Positions 57,659-64,000 of a DNA stretch of 64,000 nucleotides are shown here, one piece after another. The stretch's first letter is position 1. The number at the start of each line of letters is the position of its first letter. This DNA is from Clostridia bacterium (GTDB taxonomy: Bacteria > Bacillota > Clostridia > CAKSNL01 > HGM11501), in NCBI GenBank assembly GCA_045123995.1, contig JBGVKY010000014.1, forward strand, positions 201,860 through 265,859, given 5' to 3'. Position numbers and translations under genes: made by a program. The notes below the pieces were generated by a model. It did no database searches, was not told the origin of the DNA, and saw only the letters and a list, made by a program, of their open reading frames with translations.

Positions 57659-58144
57659 TCATTTTACTCTTTCGTAAGTACAGTAAGTCCAGCTTAAATC
57701 ATTTTCACATAAGGTTTCGCCCTCTTCGGTAATTCTCCACTCGGGCATATCGTCAAGATTCGGGAAAAATCTGTCCGCATCAAAGGCTTTATGTATTTTT
57801 GTGATATAAGCTTTGTCCACATAGGGAAGAAGGGCTCTGTATATACTTTCTCCCCCGAAAACAAAGGCACGCTCGTATTTTTCCGCTTCTTTTAACGCTT
57901 CGTCAACGCTGTGAACCATAGTAACGTCTTTATCTATTTTTTCATCGGGGAAGCACATAACAATATGAGGTCTTCCAGGAAGAGGATTTCCTCCGGGAAG
58001 AGACTCCAGTGTTTTCTTACCCATAATGAGGGCGTGCCCCCAGGTTATTTCCTTGACTCTTTTCAAATCTCCGGGAATGTGGCATAAAAGGTCGTTGCCC
58101 TTGCCTATACCCCAGTTTTTATCTACTGCAACAATAAGTTCCAT
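57659..58144 (-). CDS. folA: Dihydrofolate reductase
   Basis: IVAVDKNWGIGKGNDLLCHIPGDLKRVKEIT..IMGKKTLESLP and FVFGGESIY. Confidence 0.9.
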   Translation of the reverse strand: MELIVAVDKNWGIGKGNDLLCHIPGDLKRVKEITWGHALIMGKKTLESLPGGNPLPGRPHIVMCFPDEKIDKDVTMVHSVDEALKEAEKYERAFVFGGESIYRALLPYVDKAYITKIHKAFDADRFFPNLDDMPEWRITEEGETLCENDLSWTYCTYERVK

Positions 58145-58155
58145 TTTAATCCTCC

Positions 58156-58989
58156 TTAAACAGCAACAGGCAATTTACCTACTTTTCCGCTGTGCTCATA
58201 ATTTTCCAGAACGAAACTGTCCGGAGTGAAATCGTAGAAGTTTTTAATATCCGGATCAATTATAAGTTTAGGTGCGTCAAACATCGGTCTTTCGATAACC
58301 TCTTTTACGATGGGAACGTGTCTGTCATAAATGTGAGCATCGGCAATAACGTGAACCAGTTCGCCAACTTTAAGACCTGATGATATAGCAAACATATGTA
58401 CCAAAATAGCATACTGAGCCACGTTCCAGTTGTTGGCAACCAGAAAGTCGTTTGAACGCTGATTGAGTATGGCGTTTAATGTGTTACCTGATACATTTAA
58501 GGTAAGGGAATATGCACAAGGATAAAGAGCCATTTCATGAAGTTCCTCGTGGTTGAACATATTTCCTATAATTCTGCGGCTGCCAGGATTGTTTTTGAGT
58601 TCATAGAGCATCATATCGACCTGATCCATTTCGCCTTCTTTATATATACTTTTTTTAGCCAGCTGATAGCCGTATGCTTTTCCTATAGTGCCGTTTTCAT
58701 CAGCCCAGGAATCCCAGATTTTGGAACCCAGCTCCGATATTTTATTGGATTTTTTCTGCCATATCCAGAGAATTTCATCCACAGCCGCCTTGAAGTTTAT
58801 ATAGCGGAGAGTCTGAATGGGGAATTCCTCTGCCAGATTGTATCTGTTTACCATGCCGAATTTTTTGATGGTGTGGGCAGGAGAGGAGTCATCTGCCCAA
58901 CGGGGACGTACGGGTCTGTCGGTGTCCCACACTCCGTTTTCCAAAATATCATGCACGTTTTCTATAAAAAGTAAATCAGCCTTGCTCAT
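58156..58989 (-). CDS. thyA: Thymidylate synthase (B. subtilis ThyA-type)
   Basis: ILWIWQKKSN, NPGSRR, ALYPCAYS (active-site Cys), RSNDF, and C-terminal PVAV. 277 aa. Confidence 0.93.
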   Translation of the reverse strand: MSKADLLFIENVHDILENGVWDTDRPVRPRWADDSSPAHTIKKFGMVNRYNLAEEFPIQTLRYINFKAAVDEILWIWQKKSNKISELGSKIWDSWADENGTIGKAYGYQLAKKSIYKEGEMDQVDMMLYELKNNPGSRRIIGNMFNHEELHEMALYPCAYSLTLNVSGNTLNAILNQRSNDFLVANNWNVAQYAILVHMFAISSGLKVGELVHVIADAHIYDRHVPIVKEVIERPMFDAPKLIIDPDIKNFYDFTPDSFVLENYEHSGKVGKLPVAV

Positions 58990-59139
58990 AAAAAGTTCCT
59001 TTCTTTAATTATATTGTTTATATTATAATATAAAGTGTCGTAAATTGCAATAGTTTATATTGCCGATAAAGACCTAGTATTTTTGACAAAAATAACATAA
59101 AAAAAGGCAATAAAGAGCGATTTTATAGGCATCTTAATA

Positions 59140-59168
59140 TTGATTTTTTGTTTTTTGTGTGTTATAAT
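59140..59168 (+). promoter_or_regulatory. Sigma-A promoter for asd-dapA-dapB
   Basis: TTGATT (59140-45), 17-nt spacer, TGtTATAAT (59160-68). Confidence 0.5.
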
Positions 59169-59208
59169 TATTAAAATAGGCGTATATTTAAAATTCGGAG
59201 GTAGAACT

Positions 59209-60288
59209 ATGAAAAATTATAATATCGGTATTATCGGCGCAACAGGAATGGTTGGACAGAGATTTATAACTCTTTTGCACGATCACCCTTGGTTCAATAT
59301 CAAGGTATTGGCAGCATCAGGTTCCAGTGCGGGGAAAACCTACGAAAAAGCAGTTGAGGGAAGATGGGCGATGAAGGAAGAAATTCCCCCTTCCGTTAAG
59401 AATATAGTTGTTCTTGATGCTCAGAATGATGATAAGAAGATTGCTGAAGCTGTTGACTTCGTTTTCTGCGCAGTAAACATGAAAAAAGATGAAATCAAAG
59501 CATTGGAAGAACATTATGCAAAACTGGAAGTTCCTGTAATTTCCAATAACTCTGCGCATCGTATGACAGGGGATGTTCCAATGATTATCCCTGAGGTTAA
59601 TCCCGATCATCTTGATATAATAGAAGCTCAGAAAAAGAGACTCGGTACCAAGAAAGGATTTATTGCAGTTAAATCCAACTGCTCAATCCAGAGCTATGTT
59701 CCTGCTCTGAACGCCCTTATGAAATACGGCATTAAGGAAGTGGCAGTATCTACATATCAGGCAATTTCCGGTGCGGGAAAAACTTTTGAAAGATGGCCCG
59801 AAATGATAGACAACGTAATTCCCTATATCGGCGGAGAAGAGGAAAAGAGTGAAGTAGAACCTATGAAGGTTTGGGGACATATTGAAGATGATAAAATTGT
59901 TATGGCAGAAACTCCGAAAATTACAGCCCAGTGCATAAGAGTTCCTGTTACAGATGGACATCTTGCAACTGTTTTTGTAAAGTTTGATAAAAAGCCTGCC
60001 AAGGAAGAAATATTAAAAGACTGGGCTACATTCTCAGGTGAACCCCAAAAGCTCAATCTTCCTCATGCCCCCAAGCAATTCTTGCACTACTATGCGGAAG
60101 ATGACAGACCTCAGACAAAAACCGAAAGAGATTTGGAAGGCGGTATGGCAGTAAGCGTAGGAAGACTCAGAGAAGACTCTTTATTTGATTATAAATTTGT
60201 ATCACTTTCCCATAACACTTTAAGAGGTGCGGCAGGTGGCGGAGTTCTTCTGGCGGAACTCCTTGCGGCTAAAGGCTATTTTGACTGA
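59209..60288 (+). CDS. asd: Aspartate-semialdehyde dehydrogenase
   Basis: IGIIGATGMVGQRF, SNCSIQ (active-site Cys) and SHNTLRGAAGG. ATG at 59209 after a GGAGG RBS. Confidence 0.92.
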   Translation: MKNYNIGIIGATGMVGQRFITLLHDHPWFNIKVLAASGSSAGKTYEKAVEGRWAMKEEIPPSVKNIVVLDAQNDDKKIAEAVDFVFCAVNMKKDEIKALEEHYAKLEVPVISNNSAHRMTGDVPMIIPEVNPDHLDIIEAQKKRLGTKKGFIAVKSNCSIQSYVPALNALMKYGIKEVAVSTYQAISGAGKTFERWPEMIDNVIPYIGGEEEKSEVEPMKVWGHIEDDKIVMAETPKITAQCIRVPVTDGHLATVFVKFDKKPAKEEILKDWATFSGEPQKLNLPHAPKQFLHYYAEDDRPQTKTERDLEGGMAVSVGRLREDSLFDYKFVSLSHNTLRGAAGGGVLLAELLAAKGYFD

Positions 60289-60306
60289 TGAAAAGAGGTA
60301 ATTTTA

Positions 60307-61194
60307 ATGAAGCACACGATATTTAAGGGTGCGGCAGCAGCACTTATAACTCCTTTTACAAAGGACGGAAAAATCAATTATGAAGAATTTGGAAGAATAA
60401 TTGATGATCAGATAAATAACAGTACAGATGCTTTGGTTGTTTGCGGAACAACCGGTGAACCATCTACAATGCCTGATGAAGAGCATATTGAGGCTATGCG
60501 TTTTGCGATAGACTACACAAAGAAGAGGGTTCCTGTTATAGCCGGCACCGGAAGCAACGATACAGCTTATTGTGTTGAACTTTCAAAGAAAGCGGAAGAA
60601 ATGGGGGCGGACGCACTTTTGCTTGTAACGCCCTATTACAATAAGTGTACTCAGAAAGGTCTTAAAATTCATTATGAGGAAGTGGCAAAGAAAGTTGATC
60701 TTCCGATGATTTTATATTCCGTTAAATCAAGAACCGGTGTGAATATTGCACCCGAAACTTTAGCGGAGCTTTCCAAGATTGATAACATAGTTGCTGTAAA
60801 GGAAGCAAGCGGCGATATTTCTCAGGTCGCTAAAATTGCATCTTTATGTGGAGATAGACTGGATATATATTCAGGTAATGACGACCAGATTATTCCAATT
60901 CTGGCTCTTGGCGGTATCGGTGTAATTTCCGTTCTTTCCAATGTGGCTCCCAAGTTCACACACGATCTTGTTATGGACTACTTAAACGGAAACCATGAGG
61001 CAGCGCTCAAGGCTCAGCTCAGTGTCCTTGACCTTGTAGATGCTTTGTTCTGTGAAGTGAACCCCATTCCTGTAAAGACTGCTATGAGACTTATGGGATA
61101 CGATGCGGGACCTTTAAGACTTCCTCTTTGCGAAATGGAAGATAAAAACCTTGAAATATTGAAAAAAGCCCTTTTAAACCATAATCTCATATAA
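60307..61194 (+). CDS. dapA: 4-hydroxy-tetrahydrodipicolinate synthase
   Basis: GTTGEPSTM, PYYNK and VAVKEASGD (Schiff-base Lys). Confidence 0.95.
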   Translation: MKHTIFKGAAAALITPFTKDGKINYEEFGRIIDDQINNSTDALVVCGTTGEPSTMPDEEHIEAMRFAIDYTKKRVPVIAGTGSNDTAYCVELSKKAEEMGADALLLVTPYYNKCTQKGLKIHYEEVAKKVDLPMILYSVKSRTGVNIAPETLAELSKIDNIVAVKEASGDISQVAKIASLCGDRLDIYSGNDDQIIPILALGGIGVISVLSNVAPKFTHDLVMDYLNGNHEAALKAQLSVLDLVDALFCEVNPIPVKTAMRLMGYDAGPLRLPLCEMEDKNLEILKKALLNHNLI

Positions 61195-61208
61195 AGGACG
61201 AAACACTT

Positions 61209-61964
61209 ATGATAAAGATTTTATTAAACGGAGCCAACGGCAGAATGGGCACGGAAATTGCCAATCTTACCGAGGGGTCTGAAATCTATGAAATTGCATG
61301 CGGAGTAGATTCCTATACAGAAAAAGAAAGAAATTTTCCTGTATATAAATCTCTTTGGGATTGCAAGGATGAATTTGATGTAATAATCGACTTTTCCAAT
61401 GCATCAGGTCTTGAGGATTTGCTTTCCTATGCGGTTAAAAACAATAAGCCTGTTATAGTTTCTACCACAGGCCACAGCCCCGAGCAGAAAGAGCTTATGA
61501 AAAAAGCATCGGAAGAAATTCCTTTATTTTTCTCAGCCAATATGTCTTTCGGTATCAACCTTTTAATTGACCTGGCTAAAAAGGCTGCGTGTCTGTTGGG
61601 TGATGCTTACGACATCGAAATTGTGGAAAAACACCACAATCAGAAACTTGATGCTCCCAGCGGAACGGCTCTTGCTATTGCTGACGGTATTTCTGATGTA
61701 TCGGAAAACGCCAAGGAATATGTGTATGACCGCCATTCCGTAAGGAAGAAGAGGGATAAGAAAGAAATCGGCATTTCCTCCGTAAGAGGCGGAACTGTTG
61801 TGGGGGAACACGAGGTTCTTTTCTTGGGGCCGGATGAAATTATAGAGATAAAGCATCATGCTGCATCAAGAAGGGTTTTTGCAGAAGGTGCACTTCGTGC
61901 CGCAGCATTCCTTAAAGGAAAAGAAAAGGGAATGTACAGCATGAAAGATATGATTAAAGACTAA
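61209..61964 (+). CDS. dapB: 4-hydroxy-tetrahydrodipicolinate reductase
   Basis: NGANGRMG and EIVEKHHNQKLDAPSGTA signature. Confidence 0.95.
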   Translation: MIKILLNGANGRMGTEIANLTEGSEIYEIACGVDSYTEKERNFPVYKSLWDCKDEFDVIIDFSNASGLEDLLSYAVKNNKPVIVSTTGHSPEQKELMKKASEEIPLFFSANMSFGINLLIDLAKKAACLLGDAYDIEIVEKHHNQKLDAPSGTALAIADGISDVSENAKEYVYDRHSVRKKRDKKEIGISSVRGGTVVGEHEVLFLGPDEIIEIKHHAASRRVFAEGALRAAAFLKGKEKGMYSMKDMIKD

Positions 61965-61976
61965 TAAGTAAAATAT

Positions 61977-62004
61977 AAAAACGGTGCAATGCGCCGTTTT
62001 TTCT
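61977..62004 (+). terminator. Intrinsic terminator after dapB
   Basis: AAAACGGTGC / GCGCCGTTTT (one G.U pair) with loop AAT, followed by TTCTTTTG. Confidence 0.65.
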
Positions 62005-62017
62005 TTTGCGAAAAAAA

Positions 62018-62046
62018 TTGACTTTCCTAAATTTAAATAGTATAAT
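62018..62046 (+). promoter_or_regulatory. Consensus sigma-A promoter for the surface-protein gene
   Basis: TTGACT (62018-23), 17-nt spacer, TATAAT (62041-46). Confidence 0.5.
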
Positions 62047-62092
62047 ATTTATGGTATCATAGGGTAATTGTATAACCGAAAGGAGAATGAAA

Positions 62093-64000
62093 ATGAATAT
62101 CTCCAAAAAAGTAATTGGTGCAGTAGTTGCTTTAATTCTGCTTTTTGGTAATGCCGGGGTTTTCGCGTCGGAAAGCGGAAGTGTTGTTTTTTCTAACGCC
62201 CAGATTATAAAGGGAAAGCAGGAGACGGTAAGGGTTTCGCTGAAAAATTTAGAAAATGTGAGTTCATTCTATCTTTATAATCTTGATTTTAATAGGGACA
62301 ACCTTGAGCTTGCGGACGTAAAACTTCTAGTAGAAGGGGCTTCAGTATCGCACGCAGATAAGGAAACAGGTGAGATAGTTTTTGCTTTCTCTGAAAATAC
62401 AGATTGTCGGGGTGACATTGCGGAATTTACTTTCGTAGGAAAAGGAGAAAAATCCGCTTCTCAAATCAAAGCTGATGTGAAAATTAAATACTGGAACAAT
62501 GAAAGCGAGATTTTTTGTGAGGATATCAATGTTGTTTCGGGACAGATACAAGTGGTTTCTGGATTCCCCTCAAACATGAGATTAGAAGATGCCGAGACAG
62601 AATACAACGGGAAAGCTCAGGGCATTAAAGTTAAAAATCTTTTAAGCGGAGCTAATGTCAGGTACTTAGTTGACGGAGAAGAAAAAGAAGCGGTAAAGGC
62701 AGGGGAATATAAGGTAACCGCAATAGTAACCAAGGATGGCTATGCAGACTGGGAAAGGACGGCAACGCTCAGAATAACCCCTGCACCCCTGGAGATAAAA
62801 GGCCTCAAAGCAAAAGACAAGGTTTATGACGGAACAAAAGATGCTGTGATAGATAAAACCGAAGCTTTATTGGATGGTGTATTTCCTGGCGATGAAGTCT
62901 ATGTTGAATTTCCTTGGACAGGAACTTTTGAAGACGAAAATGCAAAAAGTACAAAAACAAATGTATATGTTGAAAAGCCTGAACTTTCTGGGAAAGACAA
63001 TGCAAATTACTTCCTTGGGGATATAGCGCCTCTTAAAGCAAAAATAACAAAGGCAAGGCAGGAAATAGCAGTTTCTGAAATCCCTGAGAAAATCTACGGA
63101 GACATAGACTTTTATGTGGTTTCAGAAGCTTCGTCAGGCCTTCCTCTTACATATAAAAGTGAAAATGAGCTTGTGGCAAAGATATCCGAAAACGGACTTG
63201 TTGAAATTATCGGGGCAGGAAAGACAAAAATTAAAATCACACAGACAGGAAACAGCAATTATGAGAGCTCAAGCGCAGAGGCTGAATTTGTGGTTTTACC
63301 TAAAACTATAACTTTTACTGACATTGATTTTGAAAATCAAATTCTCGCTCCAACCATCTCTGAAAGCGGAATTTTAAGCGAGGATATGGATGACGTAGCT
63401 TTTGATTTTTCGAGAGTTAAGTCCTTTGTTTCGGAAGATAAGGTGATTTATAATAACTTCTTCTTGAAAGGAGAAAAAGGCGGAAATTACAAAATTTATG
63501 TGCCGGGTGGCTTGATTGAAAAAGAACTGGTTAAGGAAGAGGCGGTCTTTAATTCGCAGGATGATGTAACAGCAACGGTAAAAAAGGCAGCAGGAACAAA
63601 TACTCTGATTTTTGAAGAGGTGACTCTTTCTGAACTTTTTCATGAACCTGAATTTGTTACTCTTGATTTATCGGGTGAGGAAAACGGGACTGTAGACAGT
63701 GTAATACTGCCCGGAGAATTTCTTGAGGACACAGGAAGTAAAGCTTCGTTGGAAATCAAATTAACTGAAAGCTCAGTGGTTTTGGATAAAGCGGCACTTT
63801 CGCATTTATCAGAAAACTTGAATAATGCAAATATCAGTTTAAGCATCAGGGAAGCAGATGACGGAGAACTTGAAGAAGAACAGGTGAATGCCAAAGAAAA
63901 ACTTGACAATGCGAGAGTTTTCCGCCTAACCATAGACGGAGTTTCGGTAGAAGACGGCAGAGTGGATTTTGGTCAGGGAAAAGTAAAAGTTTCTCTTAAT
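62093..64000 (+). CDS. Large secreted/cell-surface protein, 5' part only. It has a cohesin-like N-terminal domain followed by YDG/MBG-type repeats and continues beyond the window.
   Basis: Absent from the ORF track because it has no stop, but the frame is open for 636 codons from the ATG at 62093 (AGGAG RBS) to 64000. Signal peptide MNISKKVIGAVVALILLFGNAGVFA. A cohesin-like segment follows (VVFSNAQIIKGKQETVRVSLKNLENVSSFYLYNLDFNRDNLEL...GEIVFAFSE). It is followed by ITPAPLEIKGLKAKDKVYDGTKDAV...NANYFLG, a YDG-type adhesin repeat. Confidence 0.7.
   Translation, partial: MNISKKVIGAVVALILLFGNAGVFASESGSVVFSNAQIIKGKQETVRVSLKNLENVSSFYLYNLDFNRDNLELADVKLLVEGASVSHADKETGEIVFAFSENTDCRGDIAEFTFVGKGEKSASQIKADVKIKYWNNESEIFCEDINVVSGQIQVVSGFPSNMRLEDAETEYNGKAQGIKVKNLLSGANVRYLVDGEEKEAVKAGEYKVTAIVTKDGYADWERTATLRITPAPLEIKGLKAKDKVYDGTKDAVIDKTEALLDGVFPGDEVYVEFPWTGTFEDENAKSTKTNVYVEKPELSGKDNANYFLGDIAPLKAKITKARQEIAVSEIPEKIYGDIDFYVVSEASSGLPLTYKSENELVAKISENGLVEIIGAGKTKIKITQTGNSNYESSSAEAEFVVLPKTITFTDIDFENQILAPTISESGILSEDMDDVAFDFSRVKSFVSEDKVIYNNFFLKGEKGGNYKIYVPGGLIEKELVKEEAVFNSQDDVTATVKKAAGTNTLIFEEVTLSELFHEPEFVTLDLSGEENGTVDSVILPGEFLEDTGSKASLEIKLTESSVVLDKAALSHLSENLNNANISLSIREADDGELEEEQVNAKEKLDNARVFRLTIDGVSVEDGRVDFGQGKVKVSLN

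Noticed and set aside
58990-59208. A lysine (L-box) riboswitch upstream of asd-dapA-dapB.
   Set aside because: The predicted -10 lies only ~40 nt from the ATG. There is no room for an aptamer and no L-box-like conserved segments.
62342-63933. Four - strand ORFs from the track (62342-62551, 62805-63005, 63374-63643, 63640-63933).
   Set aside because: All are antisense to the long open + strand surface-protein frame, which has a promoter, an RBS and a signal peptide.
1-64000. Searched by eye for tRNA/rRNA genes, CRISPR repeats, transposase/integrase/recombinase genes, phage modules and toxin-antitoxin pairs.
   Set aside because: None were found. All sizeable ORFs are accounted for by housekeeping, sporulation or transport functions or by the hypotheticals listed. 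There are no spaced direct-repeat arrays.

Overview
This is a low-GC, densely coding chromosomal segment. It most likely comes from an endospore-forming Firmicute (Clostridia-like), based on spoVT, spoIID with a sigma-E-type promoter, a GerMN lipoprotein, murT/gatD and addAB. I support about 56 CDS, plus promoters, intrinsic terminators and one candidate structured RNA. I found no rRNA, tRNA, CRISPR array, IS element or prophage signature by eye.

Gene content in order:
- FeoB-associated small protein
- murA, MBL hydrolase and a beta-grasp protein
- an lnt, birA, GTPase-NYN fusion and permease operon
- murT-gatD
- AI-2E transporter
- PRC-barrel protein plus a 58-aa membrane protein
- spoVT
- a GH20-like / EamA / AraC sugar locus
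- mnmM
- an SdpR/ArsR-like regulator and a Cys-rich orphan protein
- an rpoB-rpoC pair detached from ribosomal-protein genes, with its own consensus sigma-A promoter
- GerMN lipoprotein, ECF S-component, AEC transporter, rlmH
- PPi-type pfk
- spoIID
- aminotransferase, trpS and tagO
- a Sir2-family protein
- argCJBD with ARG-box-like operators
- a large glycoside hydrolase and an NTP_transf_5 protein
- a thyA, folA, addB, addA, DUF1015 and methyltransferase chain
- asd-dapA-dapB
- the 5' part of a cohesin-like/YDG-repeat surface protein that runs off the window

The most interesting item is an 857-aa ORF that fuses a TetM/EF-G-like translational GTPase to a YacP/Rae1-type NYN ribonuclease domain. 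This predicts a GTPase-delivered, ribosome-targeted RNase, and I know of no experimental description of it.

Other points worth a second look:
- GatD has Ser in place of the glutaminase nucleophile Cys.
- A roughly 400-bp structured intergenic region lies downstream of spoVT.
- An 18-bp-arm hairpin buries the spoVT RBS.
- An orphan ubiquitin-like protein carries a His/Asn/Arg-rich tail.
- An lnt gene is present in a Gram-positive spore former.
- Beta-prime carries an insertion of about 55 aa.

All calls come from reading the translations and sequence. No database searches were run.
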